From contig DF237540.1 in NCBI GenBank assembly GCA_000708835.1, positions 1-54,997 of the forward strand: a stretch of DNA of 54,997 bases. The letters run 5' to 3'. Under the pieces are notes generated by a model. It worked only from the letters and a program-made list of their open reading frames with translations, did not search any database and was not told the DNA's origin. Of this stretch, positions 10,181-23,464 are shown piece by piece (positions within the stretch are counted from its first letter, which is position 1; each line of letters begins with the position of its first letter). The DNA is from Klebsormidium nitens. Taxonomy: Eukaryota > Plantae > Klebsormidiophyceae. The position numbers and the translations under genes are program-made.

Positions 10181-11428
10181 GTCCTGTATAGATTTTGCAC
10201 CACCGTTACCTTTTTCCCCTCTGAAACGAAAAGATCCCCTAAGCTACGAAGTACGGGGCAGGGGTTTTTAAACAGACGGTGTCTTGCATATCTTATACTG
10301 GATGTTCACAGCACGGTCCTCGTGACCCGGTCAACTTCGACTCCTCTACGCCGACCGGCCATCCTTACAAACCGTTGCCTTTGTACAAATCCGTCGTTCA
10401 GCTACAAACGCCCTCGGTTATGTTGAAGACAAGGCCCGGACAGCGCTGGGATTGGCAGATCCGGTCAGCCTCGTGTTTGTAATTGTTTCGGTAGGTTCAT
10501 ATTAGTCGTAAGTTGATAGAGAAGCAAACATCTTCCAACACAATAATTGTATGCCATGAGAAGCCTATGGCCGCACTGGCTACGGCGTTACGAAAAGAGA
10601 CCATCATGCATCAAAGAAGTGGATTGTTCGATTCGATCTCTCTATTACTGATAAAGAGCCTGTCATGATCGACGTACTATTCGGCACAGGGTCGACAAAT
10701 CTCCAACTATGCTAGCTCGCTTATAAGTTCCCCCCCTTAGAAATGAGATGCACGAAAGGCACCGCATGACGGCTTACTTGACGGCTCCACAAACCAGTGA
10801 AGGCTTTCCTCGTAACACGTCACGTAGCCCTAATCCGATTTGCAAGGCAGATGTTCATACTCCTATCCTTGAACTAAGTATATAAAACACCGTTTTATGA
10901 TGATCCGAGTCCTGACTCTTTTTCACTAGCTCAAGCTTGGTCACAGTTGCTTATGACCTTAGTAAGCGCATTTGTAGCGTTGAATGCTGGAAATGTCTCT
11001 TTGATATTGGGACCAGAACGAGTTGCGATGTTGGTGTAAAGCAGCCGGAGATGAAGGGCAACACTTGCCCGACCATTTACTCACGATTATGATGGTGTGG
11101 CGTACTTGAGTTGTGCGTATCAAGCAGCCTGTGTGTTTTCACTGATAGGGTAAAGTTTCGAACATTGCCACTGAGCCCAAAACAGGGTGCATCGTTTTGC
11201 GGTACGCTATGGACAACAAATGATCACTGTCGTTCCAGATCAACCTGTGAAGAGCCGAGGAGTTTGCCTTATTTGTCCAACCTATGCTGTCTTATGGATG
11301 CTCTCGCACCTTCTGGTAGATCATCTGCATATCGGTACAAAGAGGTCCGAAAATGAGGTCTTACTACGTTAGCCCCACTTTTACAAGTTTCATATCACCG
11401 CTCACCATTATACTTTTCCTACCAAACG

Positions 11429-14011
11429 TCAACTTTGTTGGACTGCCCCATCCGGCGGCGGCCCGCCTATCTGCTGTGGCTGCGCCATGGGGGGTTGCTG
11501 GTGCCAGTACTGCGGCTGGGCTGCTTGCGGCGGCATGTACTGGACGGGAGCGCGGGCCTGCGGGGGGGCTTGGTAGTAGCCAGGGTCAACAGGTCGGCCG
11601 ACATATGCCTGCAGGAAAGGGCAGGCAATCAAGGAGGAGTAAGCGCCTGGCAAAAGCATGGTGTAAGATGCGAAACCAGGTACAATCGCAGAAAGTGCTG
11701 ATGAGGAGATGGAAGGAGCGAAGAACAAGACCAATATCTGGCAACCCACCTCGCAAAGAGCATTGCTGATGCGGAGAGACTTTTGATTTTCAAAAGAGCA
11801 CTGGAGTGTACCACAGCCTCGGTGACCCTGCTCAGGCAAACTCGAGACCAGTCTATGGTGTTCTACTTCACGACCACCGCAGACTCACCGGATTCTGTGC
11901 GTACGCGGCTGGTTGTGCGTAGCCGTACATCCCCCCGTACTGCATCTGGTCCCCTGGGCCAGGCAGCGCCACAGGCGGCCGCGCCAGCGCCAGCCCCTCC
12001 TCCTGCGGCAGATCCTGGACAGGCACGCGCAGCGGTCAGGGCGCCAGGCGACATCCAGCAGCTGAGGGGGGCGGGGAGAGCGGCCAGCTGCAGCCCGGGC
12101 TGGCGACTGAGAGAGATAGGCACACAGACTCAACCAGGAAAGATGCTAGGCACTCCTTGGTACGTCCCTAGGGCGCGCAGCATGGCGCTCGCTGTCCCCG
12201 GCTGTGCGCGGCGTGGGCTGACCTTGAGGTCGTCGCGCGGCACGATGTCCACCAGGAAGTCAAAGATGTCCGTCTTGGTGATGGCCGCCGCAATGTCGTT
12301 CCGCTGCAGCGTGCGCCGCTTGTTCTCCTCGGTGTGGATCCACGAGCGCAGCGTCAGCTCCAGGATGAACATCTCGCACGCCTTGGCAAACAGCACCGGG
12401 GCCTCCGCGCTGATCATCTGTGGCACCACCGCAGGAGCACGTCAGCAGCGGACCAAGATGGGGGGCAACCCTTGCAAGGGAGGCGCTTTGCGTCTGTGCC
12501 TGGAGTACAAGGAGAGGGCCTGTCCTCGAGCCGCAAGGGCAACCTAGCAGATGAGGCTCCTGGCAGATCTCCTGGGAGGCTCAACAAAGGTGATGAAAAG
12601 GCTGAGCATGTAGTCGTTCGTGCCAGCAGCTTCCGACAGGTGCCAGCAACAACCTGATGAATCTGGTCAGGCATCGGCCTATAAATGGCAACCGTAGTGG
12701 TGCAACTGTCTTAGCATCGGGCACTGCCAAGTTTGGTATTGCCCCATCAGTCCCCATGAGTTTGCACAATGTCAACGGATCACTGAGTCCCATATGGTGC
12801 TCGCGCCAGCGCAATGTGGACAAACCAGGAGGCTCGCGCCTTACCCGAACGTCTTCATCCGCCTTCATGATCTTTTTTATCCTGGCAAACGGCAGCTGAG
12901 CATTCTTGAATTCTGCACGAGAACAAAACGGCCCTGCACATCAACAACCCGGCTGGTTCCCCTGCCAAGAACAGCACCAGGGAGGTCCAGTAGACAGCAA
13001 GGTGGCCGGGGCTCCAGGGCCTTGGTAGCTAGTAACAACCACGAGCGACATGACTGAGCTTTCATTCTATCGAGCGCAGGCATTAGGCACCTTTGCTGAA
13101 GACCAACAAGTATGTGGATCACTTGCATGCACACATCCAAGGGTACACTGGTGTATGTCATGTTGTAAACGCCGCGGGCGCCGACTCTGACCGGCCCTCA
13201 AGTTGAGGCCTCACCTGTTACTTGCTCAATCTCAGTCATCTGCTGCTGCCAGAAGAGCTGCAATTGAGCACGGTGCTGTGCCTGTGTCTGCTGGAACTGC
13301 AGTTGGGACTGTTGGAACTGCTGCTGTTGCGTGTACTGCTGCTGCTGGGGCTGAACGCACAAGAAGCAATTGCCACATTCAAAGCAGGCCGTAAAACCAG
13401 AAAGCCATCTGAGGGACAGGGGAGGACGCTTCCAGCCATATCATGTACCTTCTGATGACGTGGACCCTGTTCCAGAACAGTGCCAGTCAATGAACACTGT
13501 GTTTGTTGGCAGTCAGCTCGGACATACAAAGCACAGCTCCTTACAATCACTTCACGTCGTATGAAGACTCCAACAGGGCCTCTGACAAAAGACTGGCTTG
13601 AGGAGGACCCTGATCCAACAAAATCTGCAATGGTGGCAAAAACAATACCAAACTAAGCCTAGCAACTTCTGAACAACCTCGTTTGCACATTGAAGCTTTG
13701 AACTCTTCCATTTCTCCGCTATTTATCTTGTAGAGACTTCCATTGTGACCATTCTTGAATGAACTTGAGGAACAACGCCTTGGCAGGTAGTTCAAGCTGT
13801 GAGTCACACACAAATAATTTTCTCCAGGGTGGTCGTCATAGGCCTTGAGCCAGCAGCTCACCGACTGTTGCGGGACGGCTGCCATTCCTTGCTGGGGCGA
13901 CATGCTCCCTGCTGGGGGGGGCGGCTGCTGGTATTGCGCCGGGGTCAACTGGCCTCCCGGAGGAACGCCCGGGTACTGGCCGGCCCCATAGGGTGCTGGC
14001 TGCTGGGACAT
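11429..14011 (-). CDS. NF-YC: Nuclear factor Y subunit C (CCAAT-binding histone-fold protein), 6 coding exons
   Basis: Exons 14011-13862, 13350-13215, 12912-12845, 12417-12223, 12002-11889, 11608-11429, all GT-AG and phase-compatible. Protein: Gln/Pro-rich N-terminus, [104 protein letters not shown]. Confidence 0.97.
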
Positions 14012-15155
14012 CCTCAAGCACGAAACTGCCTGTATGCTCGCGTTTACCCTCTTGCAACTCCTCCAGCAGAGAAACGCTCAAAACTCAGCAGCTACAGCGC
14101 CCGTTAACCAAGAAAGCACTTGCCTTGTCAAGAACCCTATCGTTGTTGCTTGCTTAAAAGACGACAACCACTTGGGTGGGCCGGTCGATGAAGAAGTGCA
14201 GAATCCACTTTTGCAGTAGGCCAGATGGAGCGGAGCCTGAAGTCCTTCTCGCCTCCTAGAAGGCTGTGCGAGGAATGTGCGGAAGAACCCCTAATTCTAC
14301 CTAATCAAGCCTGCTCCCAGTTTTAGGAACAAGGGGATGACATGAGAAGTCCCTCAGCGGCGGCAGCCATTCCCAGGCGTGTCCAAGTGGCAGCAGGAGG
14401 GAGCTTCGGGCCAGGGGAGCTCCAAGGGAGGCGCTGTGCGCCCTTGGTTTCTGCGATGGAGCGCTCTGAGCCTTCCTTTCTGGGAACGGTGCGAATTCAA
14501 ACTTGCGCCCTGCTCGTCCTCATCCGACGGCTGCCTTCCTCGACGAGGACCTGCCGTCGAAGAGAGGAGGCCAAGGGGAGCCAACGGTTTTCGCCCGCTC
14601 AGCCGGGGAGCAAACGGAGGCCGTGGATGACCCGGATCGACGGCTGGCACCGCCTGCTGTGCGAGACCTCCGAGGTCAACATCGGGACGCCCTCCGCTGC
14701 TGGGCGTGGGGCATCGACGGAGGACGGAGGTTGCGGAGCCCACAGCGACACGGCCCGGCACCTTCCTCCGGGGACGCAACGTCCGGACGCCATACAGCAG
14801 CTTCTCAAGTACGGTAGTTGTGGGGAATAGAACTAGTCACCCGGACCGTTGTAGGTGCCGACCGTATTACCTACGTACCGGCGTGACCACCTTGATACTC
14901 GGTCATCTGGTAGGTAGGACGAGAGCTTGTCGCTCGCGAATTTGATGATTGATTGGTTTCCCGCCGCCCCGGCCCTCCTCGCTTCGCTCTGATCGGGTTA
15001 CCGGAGGAGTCGGTATACTGCCTAGTTCTACCAGTCGAGAGACGTCCATCTCAAGTTAGGTACAACTTTGACCGGTAGGGTTTTGCAGAAGCTGCTGTGT
15101 AACTCTTGCTGTGCAGAGCCCGGGAAGTGGAACACGTTTAGCGATACATATCCTC

Positions 15156-15163
15156 CCACGTCA
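15156..15163 (-). promoter_or_regulatory. UPRE-like element TGACGTGG, with a CCAAT box (15182-15186, minus strand) nearby
   Basis: Exact CCACGTCA on the + strand ~370 bp upstream of the ATG of an ER chaperone. Function is inferred from context only. Confidence 0.4.
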
Positions 15164-15532
15164 GCTAACCTGTAACCGTCCATTGGCTAGAATTGCCCAA
15201 CTGTACAACTCTCCAAACCTCCAAAGCCCCGCTGATACCGCATGTCGTACTCGTTTTTGAGCGGCCGCGACTCCGAGAGCGCACTGGTAGCAGCCTCGAA
15301 AGCAACTTGAAGTTGAAGCCCAAAACTTGAAACCCCACCGGGGCCACGGCGGCAGCCGATTACCGGTAGGTACGACTGAGTACCTTGAGCCGGGCCGGAT
15401 CGAGAAGCACAGAGAAGTCATACCGTGGTAGTGGCAGTGGTACACACTCAGGAAGTGTGGCAAGTTGGTTGCGTGGGCCAGATCTAACAACAATTTTCCG
15501 TCCAGATCCTTGATTTGGTTGATTGGTACCCC

Positions 15533-18500
15533 ATGGCGGGTTCTCGCTGCTGCTGGCGCCCCCTGGGGTGCCTGCTGGTGGTGCTCCTGACGTGCGGCGT
15601 GCTCCCGCAGCGTGACGCCGCGGTGCTGGGGATAGACTATGGTGCAGAGTGGCTCAAGATGGTGGTGGTCAAGTCGGGGAAGCCCATGATCTCGACAGTC
15701 ATCAACGAGATGAGCAAGCGCAAGGCGCCCGCTATGGTGGCCTTCAGTAACGGGGAGCGCCTGCTGGGAGAGGAGGCGGCCGCCATAGTTGGCAGGTGGG
15801 GGCACAGCACTCGAATGGTGGTTGCTGGACAGAGTAGCTGCTGGATCAAGTGGTGTTGGGGTTGCGGGTTGCTGGAGTCCCCCTGTTGCTCAAGTGATGT
15901 AATTGCAGGATCACTGTGGTTGCTGAAGCGGCATTGTTGCTAGATCCTTGTAGTTGCTGGAGTGCTTTAAACTTCTGATTGCTATACCGTAGGTGCTAGA
16001 TTGGTGAGATCTGCTGGAACATTGATTCTTAATACCAACGTAGGTGCTGGAGTGGTGTGATCTACTGAGATGATGTGGTTTCCAAAACAATGTGTTGATT
16101 GTGACGTGCTCATGTGGAGTGAGACAAGAGGCACTTGCTATTCTGCTTTCTTTTGTCTTGATTGCAACAGCCTCATCCAAGAGGCGCGGGTGAGGGCCCG
16201 GTCTAGCCGCGGGTGCAATATCTCCTCACCATAGCTAGCCTCCATACCCATCTGTCAGCCCCGCCAGTGTATCTGGGTTCTGAAATGGAGGCAGGCGTGT
16301 TGTCCATCATGCTTTGCCTGGATGCTCTAGCTACCTCTGCACGCCTGCGCCGGGTACGCCTGCTGTGGTTCAGACCCTGCTGCTGCCCCGCCCTGACCCG
16401 GTGGCACGTGCGGCGAGGCAGGTACCCTGAGCGTGTGTACCAGCGCGTGCGCGACTTGCTGGGGGTGGCCCTGCCTGAGGCGCGCGCGCTGCTGGCGGGG
16501 CGCTACCTGGCGTACGACCTGGTGGAGGACGCGGAGCGGCGCACGGTGCGCATCCGCACGCACGACGGCAGTGCGGAGTACGGCGCGGAGGAGCTGGCGG
16601 CCATGGTGCTGCGCTACGCGGCGGAGCTGGCGCGCGCCCACAGCAAGGCGCCCATCCGCGATTGCGTGCTCACGGTGCCGCCCTTCTGGGGGCAGCGCCA
16701 GCGGCAGGCCCTGCTGGACGCTGCGCACATCGCAGGGCTCAAGGTCAGCCGCGCCGCGCTCCTCCACTGCGCTGCACTGGCCCCTGCCGGGGCGATTTGT
16801 GCGTGCGAGTGCCTCATGTGCGTTATTTACACCAGGACTGATTTGCACGTCATCACCTCTGCGCACTGGCTCCCTGGAGTGCGCCGTAATGGGGATGACT
16901 TTGTGCCCGGCATGTGTTTGGACTGGGGCCACTTCTCAAGCCTCCGAGGGGCCACCGTCAGCAGCGTGGCCGCTGTCGTCAGCGTGAGTCAGCGCGCTCC
17001 CCCTCCTGGCGTGTGCAGGTGATGGCCCTGCTCACGGAGCCGAGCGCTGCGGCGCTGCAGTACGGCATCGACCGCAAGTTTGAGAACGCGACGCAGCTGG
17101 TGCTGCTGTACGACGTGGGCGCCGCGGCCACGCGTGCCACGCTCCTGCGCTTCTCCGCGTACGCAGGCAAGGACCGCGGCCGCAGCGCTGTCATTGGGCA
17201 GGCGCACACGCTGGGCGTGCGCTGGGACCCGGACCTGGGGGGCCAGGCCATGGAGGCGCGCCTGGCAGAGCACTTTGCGGACGAGTTCAACCAGCAGGTC
17301 AGGCCCGCACCGCCCCACCACTCTGTTGTACACACGGAGCCAATGTGCCTGCCCCGCTAGGGCTCCTGCCTTCCGTTCTGAGGTGTTGTGCGTTGCCGTC
17401 CCTGTGTTGACGAGCTGATCGCGCGGCTGGTGCAGGTCGGGGGCGGCACAGACGTGCGCGCGTCCCCCAAAGCGATGGCCAAGCTGCTCAAGGCGGTGCG
17501 CAAGACCAAGGAGGTCCTCAGCGCCAACAGCGAGGCGCCCATCTCCGTCGAGTCCCTGCTGGACGACCACGACTTCCGGTGAGGGAGTCGAGCTGCCACG
17601 TTTCGCCCCATGCCGCCTGCGCGTCTTGCTGCCCCGCTGTGGCGCGGCCCCCCTGGGCCCTTGTGTGCCGCTCTGGCAGCCCCCTCCGCGCTGTTGCTGA
17701 CGCGAGCATGCGCTGTGCTGCGGCTGCAGGTCGTCCATCACGCGGCGCCTGTTTGAGCAGCTGTGCGCCGATGTGTGGACGCGCGCGTTGGCTCCGCTGC
17801 GCGATGTGCTCGCTGAGGCTAACATCACGGCAGCGGACCTCGACGCGCTGGAGGTCATCGGGGGCGCCACCCGCGTGCCGCGCCTGCAGGCCGCCCTCAC
17901 AGACTTCCTGGTATGCGCGCAAAGTGGGACACTTGCCCATGGGCCGCCTCAGATCCCTTATCCGCCCAGTTGCAGTTATTGGTGTCTACCTTCGTGGCGG
18001 CTCGTCATTTGCTCTTGCTGTGCTTCGGTCGCGGGTTCCAGGTCCCTGTCAGCCAGTCGTGCCTTGCTCCGACGTGTGGGCGGCGGTGTGTGTGCAGGGC
18101 GACGTTCGCGGCGTGGACCGGCACCTGGACGCGGATGAGGCGGTGGCGCACGGGGCCGGGCTGCACGCGGCCAACCTGAGCGACGGCTTCAAGCTGCGCC
18201 CCTTTGGCGTCAACGACGGGCTGCCCTACGGCCTGGTGTACCGCCTCGACGGCGCGCGCGGCAGCGAGGACGCGTCCGAGGAGGGGGCCGAGGCCGCCGC
18301 ACCAGGCGCGCCGCGCAGCCTCTTCCCGCCGCTGCGCAAGCTGCCCACCAGGATCATCCGGTGAGCGCGCCGCCACGCAACCGGCCCCCACTGGTGCCGC
18401 CATGCCTTTAAGCGGGCCCGCTGTGGCTTGCCGCCACTGCCGCTGTCTGTCGCCACCCTGTGCCTCGGCCCCACCCCTGCACAGCGGCCCTTCCTCGCTC

Positions 18501-21500
18501 AGCGCCCCGCTGCTGCGCAGGTCGCTCAAGGCGCAGGAGGACGACTTCGGAGTGGCGCTGGCGTACGACCCCGCAGGGCCGCTCCCCGCCGGCATGCCCA
18601 GCCTGGACGTGGCGCAGTACGCGGTGCGCGGGGTCGCGGCCGCCACCGCCAAGTACCGCGCCAACGCTACCGCCCCGCTCAAGGTACGCTGCCAGACTGC
18701 ACGGAGCGCTGATGTGCCGCAGCAGAAGCGCGCGGAGACAGCAGGGCTGCAAGGACGCCGCAGAAGTTCCAAAGACGACAACGTTCATTCCTCGCATGTA
18801 CAGGGGGACACCCAATCTCTCATGGATTGTGTCTCCCGTTGTGCCTCTGGAACACATCAGATGCCACTAAACTGAAAAATGCCCCAACTGCTGAGAAAGG
18901 TAACCGGGAAGCTTCTGACCGAGAGCAGTGAAATGGATTCCGCACCCGCTCTACAACCTGATTGGCTTTGCCACCATACAACAACGACTGAAACATGGGT
19001 TCGGCGGTGCTTGGAGTGTCGCCGATTGGCCTCCCCCCTCTCGGAGGTCTGACTGGCGGGGGTCGGGCAGGCCGCTCGGGGCAGCAGGGTCCCGAGGCAG
19101 GGCAGGGCAGGGTCGTGGGCCTCCGCCCGGGACACAGCCGGGCCGAGCTTCTGCGCAGGCCAAGGATAGCGTCAGCGAATGACGAGCCTGTCTTCACTTT
19201 GGCGGCATAGGGGCCGAGCATGACCCCTTTCACTTCTGGATCCACTCGATCTTGGCCGGCTAACCCTTTCCTCCAGCCTCTCCCCGTGGGCCCCAGCCAG
19301 AAGGGGCTGCTGCTGCATGCGCGGCTCCGGCTGCCTGCCCTTCCGGAGCGTCCTTCGGGGGGCCGCTCTGACGCGCGCTGCACTCTGCCTGCAGGTGGCC
19401 CTCCACTTCTCGCTAAGCCGCGCGGGCGTGGCGGCGCTGGACAAGGCGGAGCTGGTGGTGGAGACGCTGGAGGCGCTGCCGGCGCCGGCCCCCCCGCCCA
19501 ACGCAAGTGTCAACGTGACCGGCAACGCGAGCAGCGCCAACCAGAGCGTGCCGCAGGGGGATGCAGCCGCCGGCGAGGGGGCCGAGGGCGCAGCTACGGG
19601 CAACGGCACAGAGGCGGGCCGGCCGGCGGTGAAGCACAGGAAGCGGACGCTCAGGATCCCCCTCGAGGTACGGCCCTCTCGCGCTCCGGCCCCTTGCCCC
19701 CCGGCCTCTCTGCGGGCAGTCCGTGCAGCAACGGGAAGTGAACCTGCGGGGGGAGCTGCCTACGAGAGTGGTCGCCGCACCCACACCCGGCGGCTGCTTT
19801 TGCCGCTGTGCTGATGACGTGCGGGGTGGCGCGCAGGTGGCGGACGTGAGCCCGGCGTCGCTGCGGGGCATGGAGCCCGCAGATCTGGCGGCCGCAGCAG
19901 CGCGGCACGAGGAGCTGCGCGCGCGCGACCAGGAGAAGCACGCCACCGCGGAGGCCAAGAACAGCCTGGAGGCGTACATCCTGCAGACCAGGACCAACGT
20001 GAGCGCGCGCACAGCGGGCAGGCCCCCCTCAGCGCACTGTGAAACACAGCACGGCACTCTGCAGCGCCCCATGTCACACTGTGGTCGCCGCGGGTGCTGA
20101 CCGTTTGTCCGGGTGTGCGGTGCAGCTGGCGGAGGAGGAGGGCGTGGCCGGCGTGTCCACTGCGGCGGAGCGCGGCGAGCTCGAGGCGGAGCTGGCGGCG
20201 GCGGAGGAGTGGCTGTACGGGGAGGGGGCCGACGGCGCCGCCCCCGCCTTCCAGGACCGCCACACAGCGCTGCGCCGGTGAGCCCCGCCGCAAGCAGGGG
20301 CCCGGCCGGCGACGACAGGCCAGGCAGCCGAGAGGGCACTCCAAACGCTCTGCCGTCGCTGGAGCTCCGACCTGTACGGCGCGGGGTGCAGCAGCGGAGC
20401 GTGCCACTGTGGCCTCCTGTGCGAACCGTGCGCCATCGGGGGCTGCCAGTGCTGCGGAGCTACGAGTTGTGCATCCGGGGGCTTGCCCCGCCCGCCAGCC
20501 ATGCACGCTCCTGGCCCCGCGCTGCTACAGCCGCTGTCATGTGGTAGCGACGTGATGCCCGAGCATGGCTCTTATCGTCGAGTCCCCGCCCTGCTGTTCC
20601 TCGTCTCCGTACTGCTATTTCGAGGAGCGGTGCCACTTGGATCGGACACCCGGGGGCACAGGGTCGCGCTGGCGGCTTGCTCGCGGGGGGGCCCTGACCC
20701 CCCTCCTCGCCTGTTGCCGTGCGTGCAGGCAGGGCGACCGCATCTTCTTCCGCCTTCAAGAGCAGCGACACCGTCCCCAGATCGTGGCGCGCGCCCATGC
20801 CCTGGTGGCGCGCGCGCGGCGGGACGTGGCGGCCTGGCGCGAGAGCCGGCCATGGGTGGGCGACGCGGAGCTGGCGGGCCTGCTGGCGGCGGTGGGCGAG
20901 TTCGAGGAGTGGGTGGCGCAGCAGGAGGCCGCGCAGGCGGGCCGCCGGCCGGAGGAGGACCCCGCCTTCGCGTGCGCCGACGTGGACAGCCGCGCCAGCG
21001 CACTGCTGAAAAAGGTGAGCCGCGCCGGGGGTGCAGGAATGCCGAACCTGGGTCCCCTACGGACAATAGATAGACACCCCGTATTGCATAGAAAGACAGC
21101 GAAAGAGAGGGGGGCCGGGCAGCACGTGACGAACGGTGCTGCAGCTGAAGCAAGCGGGCCGCTGCCCGGGTGGCAGCAGGTGGGGAGGAGTCGAGGTGCA
21201 GCCTTGACCGAAGCGATGGGACGAGCTGGCGGAGGGAGTCGGGCGGACGCACGAGGCGCCGCGGGCAGAGGGCGGCCAGTGCGGCCACGCCAGGCACTGC
21301 CTGGGACATGGGCACAGAGCAACAGGTGTGGGCTGCGGGAGCAGGCCGGCAGCCGGGGCGTGGCACCAGTGTAACTTGCACCCTCCGTTGTGTGCAGATC
21401 CGGAAGGTGGAAGCCATCCCCAAGCCGAAGCCGAAGCCGAAGCCGAAAGTGAACGTGACGACTTCCGGCGACGACTCGACCGTCAGCAACGAGACGAGCC

Positions 21501-21679
21501 AGGAGGCGGGTGCGCCAGAGACGGAGGAGGCCGCCAGCGAGGAGCTGGGCCCCGACGAGGGCGCAGGTGGCGAGGAGGGAGGGGAAGAAGAGGACGCGGG
21601 GGCGAAGAAGGGCGCGAGCAATGACGACAGCGGAGGGCTCGAGGACGAGGAGAGCAGGAGCGGCCACGATGAACTGTAA
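15533..21679 (+). CDS. HYOU1: ER-lumenal Hsp70-superfamily nucleotide exchange factor HYOU1/GRP170/ORP150 (plant Hsp70-17-like), 12 exons
   Basis: Signal peptide, then VLGIDYGAEWLK, NEMSKRKAPAMVAF, LTEPSAAALQYG, LLYDVGA, LEVIGGATRVPRLQ, DADEAVAHGAGLHAANLSDGF, AKNSLEAYI, EEWLY, PKPKPKPK, acidic tail ending HDEL. Exons approx. 15533-15795, 16422-16743, 17019-17297, 17436-17578, 17730-17910, 18098-18360, 18521-18683, 19395-19667, 19837-19999, 20126-20277, 20729-21014, 21399-21679. Confidence 0.96.
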
Positions 21680-22773
21680 CGCAGAGTCTTGACATGGCAG
21701 ATACTCCTGATTTTGCTAACCGCCCATTGGTTGGAAGCCGATTTCTCGTTACATTGATTTTCCAGAAAAGAGCTTGATTCCACGAGGACGATTTGTTCCG
21801 ACTTCAATGCTGTTGTTGGGCCACTCTGATCAGCATCGTTGAAATGATGGTCAATGGGGAAACGCCTGATGTTGCCATAGATACCAGCTGCTTTTGCACA
21901 TGTTTTCCAAGCGGGGCTCTTGTAAGACATGAATTCAACGTCGTATCCATGGTGCATGTTCACTTTTGAACTTGGCCGCGGATTGGGTATCGTCACGGCC
22001 TTGTTCAATAAGGACGTCTGACCATCTTATGATTGTAAATTGCTGAGGACAGCCCTAGCTGTCTTAGTGCACTTTCTCAAGCCTGGCCGATGTTCTCGGA
22101 TATGCCGCGTTCATCATGCGTGCCAGGCGCGGCCAACCACAGTACGTGACGGCCGGGCTGCCATGGAAACAATTGAGCCGGTATGTTCACCGGCCATCAT
22201 GTGCAGATCGAAACCACGTACCATGTTTTGGCATGCCAGTGCTTACAGTGCACCACATGCAATGCCTTGCAAAGCGGCCGGCCATGTCCGACATATCATG
22301 ATGCAGTAAGTTATGTTTTAATAACGCCCCGTACGTGCCACGTCATGAGCTATCGAGCAGCTAGTCTGCCAGTGAGACCGGGACGGTACAATGAGTTGAC
22401 TCTGCAGCTTGCAGTGCTCCCCCTACAAGTCATGTCCTTATAAGCTAGGCTCCCATGCCATGATGGTGAAGCTACGGCATGAGACAATTGCAAAACCCAA
22501 CAATACATGGACTCCTGCTGAATACGTCAAGGTTAGAGTGACTATGATTCTTGTAAACCTCTTGTAAACATAGCGTGCAACTGACTTTGAAGACGACACG
22601 AAGATCAGAGCTGGGCTTAGGGTTCGACTGCTAGACATTGAGCTCGTCCGTGCCCTGGATATTTCGCCAGAAATCACTGAGTTTTGGGCGCTGAGTATGC
22701 TATTGCTCGCGTTGTCCAACTTAGCATGATGTGCCATGATGGTCACCGGGTCACTTGCTGTTATAAACCTTGA

Positions 22774-22949
22774 TGTCGTGCCGTGATGAGTCGAGGCTGT
22801 GCCGTGTCGGGTGCGCTCAACATATGCAGTCGAAGCGAAAAAGCATGATGCCTATGTAATAAGCTACGTGAAATAGCAAAATCTTATCTCACTGCTGTCG
22901 TGCCGTGATGAGTCGAGGCTGTGCCGTGTCGGGTGCGCTCAACATATGC
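22774..22949. repeat. perfect 54-bp direct repeat (22774-22827 and 22896-22949)
   Basis: TGTCGTGCCGTGATGAGTCGAGGCTGTGCCGTGTCGGGTGCGCTCAACATATGC occurs twice, 122 bp apart. Confidence 0.9.
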
Positions 22950-23187
22950 TCAACTTTTTGTGAGTCCAACGAGCCGCGGTATGTCGATTTGAGAAGAAAG
23001 CTCAAGTGGGGAAAGCGGGTGAATGTTAAGTAGCTCAAGTGCCCAACGTGCCGCTGTGAACAAGCATGCCACGTTGATGTCACAAGGAAGATGCCACGCT
23101 CATGCACTAGTGCTCAAGGTGGCAAGATGCGCTAGCGCCAAGGTGCTCTACCAAATACTACTCAACAAAAAGTGTACTAGGTATGCT

Positions 23188-23328
23188 NNNNNNNNNNNNN
23201 NNNNNNNNNNNNNNNNNNNNNNNNNNNNNNNNNNNNNNNNNNNNNNNNNNNNNNNNNNNNNNNNNNNNNNNNNNNNNNNNNNNNNNNNNNNNNNNNNNNN
23301 NNNNNNNNNNNNNNNNNNNNNNNNNNNN
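23188..23328. other. assembly gap (N run)
   Basis: Run of N. Confidence 0.99.
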
Positions 23329-23428
23329 GCCACGCTGAGCCATTGGGCAACACTCAGGTGCAGCTTGCTGCACGGCTGCAAGTCATGTCCGATTTTCATA
23401 TCCATTAACGAGTCGATTTATTAATAAA

Positions 23429-23464
23429 GAGTGCGGGGGCTTTGGGCCCCCGCACTCCGTCTGG
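23429..23464 (+). mobile_element. possible Helitron 3' terminus
   Basis: Perfect 12-bp GC-rich hairpin GAGTGCGGGGGC-TTTGG-GCCCCCGCACTC (23429-23457), followed 3 nt later by CTGG|T, which fits CTRR|T. Confidence 0.35.

Noticed and set aside
14342-14830. GC-rich ORFs in the NF-YC/HYOU1 spacer
   Set aside because: Overlapping ORFs in several frames with no codon bias or domain; probably the NF-YC 5' UTR intron or promoter.
22774-22850. GTGATGAG...CGAAA as a hammerhead ribozyme or C/D snoRNA
   Set aside because: The invariant C of CUGAUGA is missing, no stems I-III were found, and there is no D box with a terminal stem.
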